DNA of 64,000 nt from NCBI GenBank assembly GCA_034189655.1, contig JAXHUE010000005.1, positions 4,408-68,407 on the forward strand, written 5' to 3'. This document shows, in pieces, positions 1 to 10,831 of this stretch. The notes under the pieces were generated by a model that was not told the DNA's origin, searched no databases, and saw nothing but the letters and a program-made list of their open reading frames with translations. The position numbers and the translations under genes were made by a program. Position 1 is the first letter of the stretch; every line of letters starts with the position of its first letter. This DNA comes from Chloroflexota bacterium. Its GTDB lineage: Bacteria > Chloroflexota > Dehalococcoidia > E44-bin15.

Positions 1-60
1 CGGGGACGCTACCTGAAGGTCCTGTGGTGGAGCTCGTGGCGGGAGACCCCCATGGCATAA
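1..60 (+). CDS. 3' end of a CDS entering from outside the window (RGRYLKVLWWSSWRETPMA*)
   Basis: Frame 1 is open from base 1 to TAA at 58-60. Product unknown. Confidence 0.4.
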   Translation, partial: RGRYLKVLWWSSWRETPMA

Positions 61-168
61 GAGGCATCGCCTGTCCTGGCCCCGCCGGGCGGCAGCCGCA
101 GATTGGACAAAGGGGGCCGGCGTATGCATAATGGGTCTGCAGGTACCGATTACAGGAAAGGGGGGGAA

Positions 169-612
169 ATGTACCACAGGATACTCGTTCCCCTGGACGG
201 CTCTCCGCTCTCCGAGATTGCACTGCCCTATGCCGAGGAGCTGGCGCGGGGGCTGGGCTCATCGCTCGTCCTGCTCCTGGTCACCGGCTCTGCCGAGGCC
301 CACGACTACAACGAGCAGCAGATATATATCGAGAAGGTGGTCGAGGCCATAGAGAGGCGTGACGAGGGCCATGAGGAGAGGCATCACCGGAAGCCTGTCA
401 AGGTGGAATCGACAGTCCTGGTCGGCGACCCTGCCGAGCAGATCGCGGACTTTGCCGAGAGGGAGGATATCAGCCTGGTCGTCATGGCAACACACGGCCG
501 TTCCGGCATCAGGCGCTGGGCCCTGGGGAGCGTGGCCGATAAGGTGGTGCGGGCCACCACGCGGCCGGTGATGCTCATCACGCCCCAGGGCACCATGCCC
601 GAGGTGCGCTAG
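169..612 (+). CDS. Universal stress protein (UspA family)
   Basis: MYHRILVPLDGS N-terminus and VMATHGRSG...LGSVADKVVR ATP-binding motif. G-rich SD before ATG 169. Confidence 0.93.
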   Translation: MYHRILVPLDGSPLSEIALPYAEELARGLGSSLVLLLVTGSAEAHDYNEQQIYIEKVVEAIERRDEGHEERHHRKPVKVESTVLVGDPAEQIADFAEREDISLVVMATHGRSGIRRWALGSVADKVVRATTRPVMLITPQGTMPEVR

Positions 613-657
613 CGAAAGACACTCTTGATTTTTTATCCTCATTGGGAGGGGGAGGCC

Positions 658-1200
658 ATGGAGTGGCAGGAACTGGTCCAGGACAGCTACGACCGGGTGT
701 GGGATGCCCTGAAGACGGCGCTTGGCGGGCTCTCCGTCGATGACCTCGACTGGCAGCCGCACCCCGACTGCAACAGCATGGGCTGGCTTGCCTGGCACCT
801 CACTCGTGTCCAGGACGACCACCTCTCCGACCTCATGGGCAGAGAGCAGCTCTGGACCGGAGAGGGATGGTACGCCCGCTTCAACCGACCCCCCGACCCC
901 GGCGATATCGGGTGGGGCCACACCTCGGAGCAGGTGGCAGCGTTTGAGTCGCCCGACGTCGAGACGCTGCTGGGATACCACCGCGCCGTGCTGGAGCGGA
1001 CCAAAGGGTACATCGCGACCCTCTGGCCGGCCGACCTGGAGAGGGAGCTCAACGAGCCGTGGTTTTCGCCACTGCCTACCGTGGGCGTGCGCCTGGTGAG
1101 CGTGGTGAGCGACGGCCTCCAGCACGCCGGCCAGGTGGCCTACGTGCGCGGTCTGTTGCAGGGCAAGGGGTGGCTGGAGGCCGCCAGCGCTATCGGCTAG
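658..1200 (+). CDS. DinB/YfiT-family protein (DinB_2, mycothiol-transferase-like)
   Basis: NSMGWLAWHLTR and DGLQHAGQVAYVRG metal-binding helices. GGAGG SD before ATG 658. Confidence 0.85.
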   Translation: MEWQELVQDSYDRVWDALKTALGGLSVDDLDWQPHPDCNSMGWLAWHLTRVQDDHLSDLMGREQLWTGEGWYARFNRPPDPGDIGWGHTSEQVAAFESPDVETLLGYHRAVLERTKGYIATLWPADLERELNEPWFSPLPTVGVRLVSVVSDGLQHAGQVAYVRGLLQGKGWLEAASAIG

Positions 1201-1245
1201 GCGGGTAGCGGCCAGGCACGGAGGCAGCGGCAGGGTGCCGGGGGC

Positions 1246-1683
1246 CTATTCGTCCGGGCCCTGGAGGAACACGTACTGCGTCGTGGTCTTGAGCCTCCTC
1301 CGCAGGAGTGCCAGGTGGGGTCGGTATATGGTGACGCGGCCGCGGTCGGCCCGAAGCGCCATGTCGAGGACCCTGGAGAGCAGCTCCTCGCTCACCCCGG
1401 CCACGCACGGTATCACTGCCTCGTCTGGGCCCCGCCCCACCTCGATGAGGATGGGCAGGAGCAGGGCCTGGCGCCCCTCTTCATCGCAGAGGCCGGCGAG
1501 GTACTCAAGCTCCCGCTTCCTGAAGAGGTGAGTGCCGCCGTCGTTGCAGGTCACGTGGGGGTGCTCCTCGCGGAGCAGCTCGGCGAGCGGCCTGCGCTGG
1601 CGCGGCAGGTGGGCGTTCAAGGCCCGGAGCTCGTCCCGAACGTACTCCTGGAGAAACCGGTCATGGGGTGGAATGGTGGACAT
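1246..1683 (-). CDS. DUF61/UPF0216-like protein (mainly archaeal family)
   Basis: NAHLPRQRRPLAELLREEHPHV..DGGTHLFRKRELE resembles DUF61. Starts 4 bp after the subunit D stop. Confidence 0.7.
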   Translation of the reverse strand: MSTIPPHDRFLQEYVRDELRALNAHLPRQRRPLAELLREEHPHVTCNDGGTHLFRKRELEYLAGLCDEEGRQALLLPILIEVGRGPDEAVIPCVAGVSEELLSRVLDMALRADRGRVTIYRPHLALLRRRLKTTTQYVFLQGPDE

Positions 1684-1687
1684 CTCG

Positions 1688-2320
1688 CTACTTCTGCTGA
1701 AGCAGCACCTTGACCCGCTTCAGCCGTACCTTCTCTTCCCGGTCCCTCTCCTCGAACTTCATGTGGAGGTACTTCATGGTCGCCTTCAGCGCGGGTATCA
1801 TCACGTACTCGAGGGCATTGGAGATGCGCTTGGTGCGCGAAATCTCCAGGCCGAGCAGCTCAAGGCCCCGCTGAGACTCGGCAAGCTCGGCGATGGCCTC
1901 CAGGCAGTGACGGGCCAGCTCTGCTGCCTGGTCCACGCACGCGGAGGTATCGGCCAGGCTGTAGCGCCCCACCGCGCTCCCCGCTGCCGCCAGCTCAAAA
2001 GCAGGGATCCTCACCCCGGCCACGTTCCTCGTGCCGGTGGCCAGCTTCAGGTCGGCCTCGGCCTCCACCAGCTCCTTCTCCAGCGCCAGGTACCCGTGGT
2101 AGCCGGCGGCGATGGACATCGCCCTGTACCCCTGGGAGAGCTGGTCGAGCAGCCGCCTCCGGCCCTCCACGCTCTCGCGCGCCGTCTCCACGAACTCCAT
2201 GGTGAGTATGGAGAGCCGGTCCTTGATTATCTTGTGTACCTTCTCCGCAAGTGAGCGCCTGCGCTTGAGCCTCATCAGCTCGGTCTTGGTCGGCCTCACC
2301 TTTATCATCTGCTGCGGCAT
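1688..2320 (-). CDS. ntpD: A/V-type ATP synthase subunit D
   Basis: PTKTELMRLKRR...TRNVAGVRIP...RTKRISNALEYVMIP...EERDREE. Confidence 0.95.
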   Translation of the reverse strand: MPQQMIKVRPTKTELMRLKRRRSLAEKVHKIIKDRLSILTMEFVETARESVEGRRRLLDQLSQGYRAMSIAAGYHGYLALEKELVEAEADLKLATGTRNVAGVRIPAFELAAAGSAVGRYSLADTSACVDQAAELARHCLEAIAELAESQRGLELLGLEISRTKRISNALEYVMIPALKATMKYLHMKFEERDREEKVRLKRVKVLLQQK

Positions 2321-2388
2321 CGGCTAGCCCTCTCCAGGGCACGGCGCCCCGCCCGACATGGCCGGCGCGCCTGCTCTCTGCGTGCGCT

Positions 2389-2703
2389 TTAAGCACCCTC
2401 TTTTCCACGTGTGGCGGCGTGCTGCTCCTCGACGGCCTTGAGCAGGAGCGCCACGCCGCCGCCGAGGATGAAGTACTTGTTCTTGGCCACGCGCAGGTCG
2501 ATGATGACCTCGTCGAGCTCCTTGGCCAGCTCCACTATCGACCGGCGCGATATCCCCCGCTTGCCCAGGGAGGCGAGCACGTCGGTGGAGCTCAAGATGT
2601 CCATGAGGCCCTCGTGCAGCTCATTGGCCTGGGCCACACCCTGGGACAACGTCGACCGCAGGCCCTCCACGTCCCGCCTGATCTGCTCTGTATCCATGGC
2701 CAT
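2389..2703 (-). CDS. Hypothetical helical protein between ATPase subunits B and D
   Basis: 104-aa ORF, co-oriented, GGAGG SD, coding-like codon usage. Confidence 0.7.
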   Translation of the reverse strand: MAMDTEQIRRDVEGLRSTLSQGVAQANELHEGLMDILSSTDVLASLGKRGISRRSIVELAKELDEVIIDLRVAKNKYFILGGGVALLLKAVEEQHAATRGKEGA

Positions 2704-2718
2704 CCTCCACCCCCAGGT

Positions 2719-4118
<1,400 letters not shown>

Positions 4119-4122
<4 letters not shown>

Positions 4123-5870
4123 GATGCCCCCTTGTATGCCACTGGCCCCATCTCCATCTCCTCCCACAGTTGCTTGACCCGGTCGTCGAACTCCTCGTGG
4201 GGGATGTCCTTCATTCGCGATATCTTGTACACCAGTGGCGAGGAGCGGATATCGGCGACGCTGGCCCCCTGGTCAGAGAGGGCCTGGGCCAGCTCGTAGA
4301 ACCTCATTATGGTGGCCAGCATGGCGTGGGCCCGCTGCGGCGGGCAGTAGGTATCGATCTCGTTGTAGGCGCTCTGCATCAGGAAGTCCTCGCGTATCAT
4401 CCGCGCCGCCAGCAGGAGCAGCTTGTCCTTCTCGGGCAGGGCCTCGGGGCCCACCAGCCTCACGATCTCCTCCAGTTCGGCCTCCTGCTGCAGTATCTTC
4501 AAGGCGGCCGCCCTGGTCTCCTCCCACCGCGGGGCGAGCTCCGACCACCAGTCCCGCACCGCATCGACGTAGAGGCTGTAGCTGGAGAGCCAGTTGATGG
4601 TGGGGAAGTGCCTCTTGTTGGCCAGGGCGACGTCCAGCGAGTAGAGGGCGTCTACTATCCTCAACGTGTTCTGGGTCACCGGCTCGCTGAAGTCGGCGCC
4701 GGGGGGGCTCACCGCCCCCACCATGGTCACCGAGCCCCGCCGCTCCGGGCTGCCCTGGCACTCGACGAGCCCTGCCCTCTCGTAGAACGAGGAGAGCCGG
4801 GAGCCCAGGTACGCCGGGAAGCCCTCCTCCCCCGGCATCTCTTCCAGCCTGCCCCCCACCTCCCGCATGGCCTCGGCCCACCGCGAGGTCGAGTCTGCCA
4901 CCAGAAGGATATCGTAGCCCATGTCCCTGAAGTACTCTGCGATGGTGATGCCGACGAATATGCTCGCCTCGCGGGCCACCACCGGCATGTTCGAGGTGTT
5001 GGCCACGAAGACCTCCTTCTCTTTGAGCAGCCGGCCCGTCGCCGGGTCCTTGAGCTGCTGGAAGCTGTAGAGCACGTCGGCCATCTCGTTGCCCCGCTCA
5101 CCGCAGCCCACGTAGATATTGAGGTGGGTCTGGGCCCACCTGGCGAGCTGCTGGAGGGCCACCGTCTTCCCGGTGCCGAACCCCCCCGGTATGGTGGCCT
5201 TGCCACCGAGGGCGAGGGGGAACAGGTAGTCCATGATGCGCGTGCCGGTGGTGAGCAGCTGCGAGGGGGCCAGCCTCCGCCGGTAGGGGCGGGGCTTCCT
5301 CACCGGCCACTCCTGCATCATGGTGAGCCCCCTGGTAGCGGCACCGACATCGAGCGCGGCCACCTGCTCCTCGACGGTGTACTCCCCCTCCTTCACTATG
5401 CTCTTGATGGTGCCTTTTAGTCTCGGGGGCACCATCACCCGGTGCTCTATGAGCGCGGTCTCGTGGACGAGGCCGATGATGTCCCCGCCCTCGACCATGT
5501 CGCCCGCGGCGACCTTGGGCACGAAGAACCACTTCTTGTCCCGGTCGAGCCGGGCTACCTTCACCCCCCGCGTGAGGAAGGAGCCGCCCTCCATCAGCTT
5601 GGTGAGCGGCTTCTGGAGGCCGTCGTAGATGGCGCCGACGACCCCTGGGCCCAGCTCTGCGGTGAGGATCCTCCCGGTGCCGGTCACCCTCTGCCCCACC
5701 TGAAGGCCCTGGGTATCCTCGTGGGCCTGGACGATGGCCCTGTCGCCCTCCAGGCCTATGACCTCACCGATCAGCCCCTCATCGCCGATCTCGACGATCT
5801 CGTAGACCTGGGCCCCCTTCAGCTCGTTGGCGATGATGAGGGGGCCGGAGACCCTCCATATCTTTCCCAT
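4119..5870 (-). CDS. ntpA: A/V-type ATP synthase catalytic subunit A
   Basis: P-loop [39 protein letters not shown]. Confidence 0.97.
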
Positions 5871-5894
5871 GGTCTCACCTTCTCTCCTGGGCTA

Positions 5895-6251
5895 TCAGTA
5901 GACGTCGATCTCGAACCCGATGTATCTCCTGATGGTGTCCCGGTAGTACTCCGCCGCGTCGCGCTGGGTGGTCCCGTACCCTGAAGGGACCGCGATGACC
6001 ACCGGGGTCAGGCCCCTGCCCTCCCTGAGCGGGGCCAGCAGGTCGGCGGCGTACCCCTCGTAGTCCTCGGGTATCACTATGATGCCGATGTCGGGCTCGG
6101 CGAGCATGGCGCCCAGCGCCTCCCTGAACTCGTCGCCGCGGCCGGGGCCCTCCTTCACGATGTGGTACCTGCTCACGCCGCCGAGCCGCAGCAGGTTGAC
6201 CAGGTCCTCGCCGGCCACCACCGCTATCGCCATCTGTCTCACCGGTATCAT
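5895..6251 (-). CDS. ntpF: A/V-type ATP synthase subunit F
   Basis: Operon position, IAVVAGEDLVNLLRLGGV, DIGIIVI, IRRYIGFEI. Confidence 0.9.
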   Translation of the reverse strand: MIPVRQMAIAVVAGEDLVNLLRLGGVSRYHIVKEGPGRGDEFREALGAMLAEPDIGIIVIPEDYEGYAADLLAPLREGRGLTPVVIAVPSGYGTTQRDAAEYYRDTIRRYIGFEIDVY

Positions 6252-7294
6252 GATGCCAGCACCAGGTAGTTTCTCGTTTCATCCACGGGGATGCCGTCCG
6301 ACATGGCCTTCAAGATGAGCCTCATGTTCCGTATCTCGGCCTCCTTGAGGACCAGGTAGTAGAGCGCCATGACCGGAGAGAGCACCCGCGGTGCCAGCAG
6401 CCCCTTGAGCAGCCTCACGCGGTGCCCCTCGACGACCCAGGCGACGATGGAGCGGTCTCTGGTCCTCTCGTAGCCGCTGGCGATCTCCTCTGCGGCGTCA
6501 CGGTACTGCGTTGTCCCCAGCCGCTGCGTCATGTCGCCGAGCGTCTGCGAGAGCAGCTCCCGCACCGTCCCGGCGGTGAGCATGGCCCCGCCCTCGATGA
6601 TATAGTCGGCCGCCTCCGGCCCCAGCCCCCCTATTATGGCCCGCGCCGCCATCTGGATGTTGGCCAGGTCGATGATGACCCCCAGCGCCCTGGTGAAGAT
6701 GAGGGCATCGCCACTGGTGCGGGCGACGGCCGCGAGGCCCCGGTAGTACTCCCGATCCAGCTCGGCATCGACGCGGGGCCTGGCCCTGGCGCTCGAGCCG
6801 AGCTCCTCTGTGTGCCGCCGCAGGATGTCGGCGTAGCCGACAAGCCCGCACCTGGCGAGCGGCTCGGCGATGTCTTCTATGGTCTCGGCGCTGGCCACCC
6901 TGTCGAGGAGGCCCACGCCGTGGAGCGTGCCCACCGGTATGGTGCCGTCGCCGCCGCCCGCGGTCAGGCGACGCAGCGCGGCCTTGGCGTTGTGGACGTC
7001 GTACTTCACCTTGTAGGCGGCCACCACCTTCAGGATCTCCCTGGGGGCCATATCGAGCCCCTCCAGGAGCCCCAGGCACTGTGAGAGGTAGAGCCACAGT
7101 GAGCGGTCTATGTGGTCAAAGTCCCACAGAGGGGTCTCCCTCAGGTAGCCACCGATGTCGGTGTCGCGGACCACCTCCACCGCGGCATCGATGGAGGGGG
7201 CGGCGAGCATGCGCTCAACGTGGCTGGAGGCTACGAGCCGCGCCTCCTCACCCTTCAGGTAGGCAGAGATAAAGGCATATCCTGTGCGTGGCAC
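6248..7294 (-). CDS. ntpC: A/V-type ATP synthase subunit C (AC39/d)
   Basis: YAFISAYLKG start, KYDVHNAK, YLVLKEAEIRNMRLI C-terminus, operon position. Confidence 0.9.
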   Translation of the reverse strand: MPRTGYAFISAYLKGEEARLVASSHVERMLAAPSIDAAVEVVRDTDIGGYLRETPLWDFDHIDRSLWLYLSQCLGLLEGLDMAPREILKVVAAYKVKYDVHNAKAALRRLTAGGGDGTIPVGTLHGVGLLDRVASAETIEDIAEPLARCGLVGYADILRRHTEELGSSARARPRVDAELDREYYRGLAAVARTSGDALIFTRALGVIIDLANIQMAARAIIGGLGPEAADYIIEGGAMLTAGTVRELLSQTLGDMTQRLGTTQYRDAAEEIASGYERTRDRSIVAWVVEGHRVRLLKGLLAPRVLSPVMALYYLVLKEAEIRNMRLILKAMSDGIPVDETRNYLVLAS

Positions 7295-7309
7295 CTTCTT
7301 AAATGACCC

Positions 7310-7906
7310 CTACGAACTGGGGAAGAGCTCCCTCTGTATATCAGGCAGTATACGGGGCAGCAGCATCTCGAGCCTGGTCTCGTAGGTATTGTCTATCCGC
7401 ACCTTGCCGTCTGGGTCCTCGGCGATGACGCCCCCCAGGCACTGGTACTCCCTGACCTCGGCTATCCTGGCCCCCAGCGCGCGCTCGCTCTTCAGCAGCC
7501 GCTTCACCTCTGGGACGTCCCGGGGCGAGCAGTAGAGCCTGGCCTTAGCGGCACCGAGGCCGTCCACGGCCTCGCGGATCAGGCCCAGGAGGGCGTCGTC
7601 ATCGCGCGGGGCCTCCTCGAGCGCGCTCCGCACCCTCTCCGTGAGCTCGGCGATGACGGCCGACTTGCCCGCCAGCTCCTCCTGCCGCGCTGCTACCTGG
7701 GCCTGGGCACGTATCCTGGCGGTCTCCCTCTCGGTCTCTTCTTCCAGGCGGCGCCTGGCCTCGTCGTACCTGCGCCCCCGCTCCTTCTGCGCCCTGGCCA
7801 CCTCGTCCCGCGCCCGCGCCTCGGCCTCTTCTATGGTCGCCCTGGCCTCGGCCTCGACCTTGGCCAGTATGGCCTTTCTTATCTCATCCATTCCCGTAGT
7901 CGACAT
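7310..7906 (-). CDS. ntpE: A/V-type ATP synthase subunit E
   Basis: Charged N-terminal coiled coil and LGGVIAEDPDGKVRIDNTYETRL. Confidence 0.92.
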   Translation of the reverse strand: MSTTGMDEIRKAILAKVEAEARATIEEAEARARDEVARAQKERGRRYDEARRRLEEETERETARIRAQAQVAARQEELAGKSAVIAELTERVRSALEEAPRDDDALLGLIREAVDGLGAAKARLYCSPRDVPEVKRLLKSERALGARIAEVREYQCLGGVIAEDPDGKVRIDNTYETRLEMLLPRILPDIQRELFPSS

Positions 7907-7915
7907 GGGGCACCT

Positions 7916-8380
7916 CTACATCACCCCGAGCAGGGTGAAGGCCATGATGGTGAACACCAGGCCCAGCACCGCGATGAGCTCGACGAACACGGCGAGCATC
8001 ATCGAGGAGGTCAGTATGCCCCCCTTGGTCTTGGGCAGGAGCGAGTTGCCCGAGGCGCACACTGAGCCCTGGTATATCGCCGAGGCGGCAAAGGCGAAGG
8101 TGGCTATCAGGCAGGCGCCCAGCACCATGAAACCGCTGCCGCCCTCGCTCGACACGTTGGGGATCACCGACGTGAGCACCAGGATCATCACGATGAGCCC
8201 ATAGAAGGACTGCGTCATCGGCAGCGAGGAGAGTATGATCACGTTGCGGAACTGGCTGCTGTCTTCAGAGAGCGTGGCCAGGCCTGCCGACGCGGCGATG
8301 CCTATCCCGATGGCGGAGCCCAGCAGGCCGCCGGCGAGGGCCAGCGCACCACCGAGGTTTGCCCAGGATGCCGGATCCAT
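7916..8380 (-). CDS. ntpK: A/V-type ATP synthase proteolipid subunit K (4 TM, NtpK-like)
   Basis: GSAIGIG, LPMTQSFYG, SAIYQG, VFVELIAVLG. Confidence 0.93.
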   Translation of the reverse strand: MDPASWANLGGALALAGGLLGSAIGIGIAASAGLATLSEDSSQFRNVIILSSLPMTQSFYGLIVMILVLTSVIPNVSSEGGSGFMVLGACLIATFAFAASAIYQGSVCASGNSLLPKTKGGILTSSMMLAVFVELIAVLGLVFTIMAFTLLGVM

Positions 8381-8393
8381 AGTTCACCTCCGT

Positions 8394-10379
8394 TCATTTC
8401 CCCCCGACGACGACGGATGCCGGGGTCTTAAGCCTGAAAGGACTGTACTCTCGGCCGCCCCCCTCGTAGAACTTGAACAGGAACTCCACGAAACACAGCC
8501 TCAAGGAGTGTATGAAGGCGGTGAGGCCGCTCAAGACAAGGTTGATGGCGTGCCCGAAGATGAGGACGACGATGGCGATGATGACCCCGATGACCGCCCC
8601 CACGGCGCCGGGGATGAGCCCGGCGAACAGCTCGGCGAGCATGTTGAAGCTCGATGCCAGGTAGAAGGTGGCCAGGCCCACGCCGGCCAGCCGGGCGTAG
8701 GACATGACGTCGCCGAAGATGCCGGTGATATCGAAGAGCCAGAATATGGCCCCCAGCCCGCCGTGCTGCATGAAGGCGGATACCACGACGACCAGGAAGC
8801 TCGCCAGCAGGGCGTACATGAAGACGTCGTACACCACGGCGCCCACCGGCAGGGTGACGTCGAACAGCCAGCTCAAGATGAGCGGGATGCCGGCGAGCTG
8901 GAGGGTGAACAGCCCGATCCTGTTGACCACCACGCCCCGCTTCCTGTCCTTTATCCCCTTGGCCAGGGCCAGCGCGTGGGCGATGTTCACGTGGACGACG
9001 CCCAGCCCCAGGGCGAGGATGATGAAGGAGATGGGGTTGCCCAGCACCCCCCGCACCGAGGCGGCGAGGGCCAGGTCCTCGACCCCGAAGAAGTGGTAGA
9101 CATCGCCCAGGTAAGTCCCGGTGAGCAGGCCGCAGACCAGGGCGACGCCGCTGCTTATGTACAGGACGCGCTGGAAGAGGCGGTACCCCTCTGTGGTGGG
9201 GTCGTCGACGAAGATGCGGAGGAGGAACCTGGTCACCAAGATGACGCCGATGGCGTAGACCACGTCGCACAGCATGAGGCCGTAGAAGATGGCGAACGAG
9301 TAGGCCACTATCGGCGTCGGGTCCCACTCCCGGTACCCGGGCGAGCCGAAGAGGTTGGTGATGACCTGGAACGGCTTTAGCCCCCGTGGGTTCTTCAGCT
9401 TGGTGGGGGGCTCCTCCTGGGGCGTGGGCTCCCTGGTATCGATGAAGGCGTAGCCCACGCTGTCCTTTATCTCGGCGATGGTGGCATTGATGGCGCTCTC
9501 CGGTATCCACCCCGCGATGAGGTTCACGTACCGGGCCTGGCACGCCTTCTCCAGCACGGCAAGTCTCTCGTCCTCCGCGGTGAGCACGGCCTCCAGCAGG
9601 CAGATGCGCTCCAGGTTCTCCCTCACCCTGCCCTGGAGCTCCTGGCTCAAGAACCTCACCTCCTCTTCGAGGTGGGCTATCTCCCCTTCTACCCTGTCGA
9701 GGAACTCCCCCAGGGTGAGGTCTTCGTCGGGCAGTGCCAGGACGGTGCCGCCGGCATCGACAACCGTGGACTCGATGAAGTCGCGCTCCTGGGTCCTGGC
9801 GATGGCATAGACCGTGGTCTCGTCATCTCCGGGGGCGACGGTGTCTGCCAGGAGGTGTCCTTTGAGCTGCTGGTAGGTGGGCTCGAAGGCCCGCGCCGGG
9901 AGGGTGACGCAGCGTGCGGAGAGGTACTTACCGGAGAAGTCCAGGTCTCTCAGCCTCAAGTCTGTGTGCGCGGCGAGAGGCCCCAGGCGCCTCTTGAGCC
10001 CGCTCACGCGGGCCAGCTCTTCGGCGGGGCCCACCGTCTTGCGGTGGACGGCGTTTAACCGCTCGCACAGCGACAGCACTTCGTGCTCGAGGTCGCTGAA
10101 AGGCCGGGCGTATATCGCCTCGACGCCCTCTCCCAGGGAGACCCGCTCCGCCGCCGGGATGTAGCCGATCACCCCGTCGATGCAGGCGGCGAGCTCGGCG
10201 ACCTCCCTGCGCTGTCGTTCGATGGCCGCCCTGTCCATGGGCTCGAGCTCGTCGCTCTCCTCTACGTGCAGCACCCCCATGCTGTGCAGGGTCTTGAGTG
10301 CCCGCTCCGAGCGGTCCTTGGTGGTGATAACCCTGACCCTCACCATGGGCTCTGCAGAGTTGAGGATTATGGGCATCAT
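8394..10379 (-). CDS. ntpI: A/V-type ATP synthase subunit I (a)
   Basis: PPTKLKNP, GYREWDPT, GDVMSYARL, HSLRLCFVEF..KFYEGGG. Confidence 0.96.
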   Translation of the reverse strand: MMPIILNSAEPMVRVRVITTKDRSERALKTLHSMGVLHVEESDELEPMDRAAIERQRREVAELAACIDGVIGYIPAAERVSLGEGVEAIYARPFSDLEHEVLSLCERLNAVHRKTVGPAEELARVSGLKRRLGPLAAHTDLRLRDLDFSGKYLSARCVTLPARAFEPTYQQLKGHLLADTVAPGDDETTVYAIARTQERDFIESTVVDAGGTVLALPDEDLTLGEFLDRVEGEIAHLEEEVRFLSQELQGRVRENLERICLLEAVLTAEDERLAVLEKACQARYVNLIAGWIPESAINATIAEIKDSVGYAFIDTREPTPQEEPPTKLKNPRGLKPFQVITNLFGSPGYREWDPTPIVAYSFAIFYGLMLCDVVYAIGVILVTRFLLRIFVDDPTTEGYRLFQRVLYISSGVALVCGLLTGTYLGDVYHFFGVEDLALAASVRGVLGNPISFIILALGLGVVHVNIAHALALAKGIKDRKRGVVVNRIGLFTLQLAGIPLILSWLFDVTLPVGAVVYDVFMYALLASFLVVVVSAFMQHGGLGAIFWLFDITGIFGDVMSYARLAGVGLATFYLASSFNMLAELFAGLIPGAVGAVIGVIIAIVVLIFGHAINLVLSGLTAFIHSLRLCFVEFLFKFYEGGGREYSPFRLKTPASVVVGGK

Positions 10380-10696
10380 TCCGGGGCTGCTCCAGTGACC
10401 ATCCTCACAAGGCGCTGTGAGACCTCTGCTACCTTGGCCCCGGCACCCTCTGTGAGCTCATACGCCCGCTTCCTCGACTCCTCTACCCGCTCCTCGGCCT
10501 CCTCCCTGGCCTTCGCTACCGCTTTCTGGCACTCCACCTCTACCTCTGCCAGGGTCAGCTCGGAGAGGAGTATCTTTTCGGCCTCTTCCTTGGCGGCGAG
10601 GACGATCTTGGTGGCCTGGGACTTGGCATCATCGAGTACCTTCTCCGCCTCGGCCTCGATGGCCTCCACGCTGTGAGCGACTCCCTCTGCAGACAT
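10376..10696 (-). CDS. A/V-type ATP synthase subunit H/G
   Basis: First gene of the operon, E/A/K-rich coiled coil (IEAEAEKVLDDAK). Confidence 0.8.
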   Translation of the reverse strand: MSAEGVAHSVEAIEAEAEKVLDDAKSQATKIVLAAKEEAEKILLSELTLAEVEVECQKAVAKAREEAEERVEESRKRAYELTEGAGAKVAEVSQRLVRMVTGAAPE

Positions 10697-10831
10697 AGAC
10701 ACCTGCCTGGGGTTTTATGTGGTCACTGCCAACGTACAAAAGGTGGTACGACGCCCCGCAGGTCGCACCGTTAAAAAAACCGCAGTATATTCTACGCCCT
10801 TTCATACCGTAAGTCAAACATCGGGGCCGGG

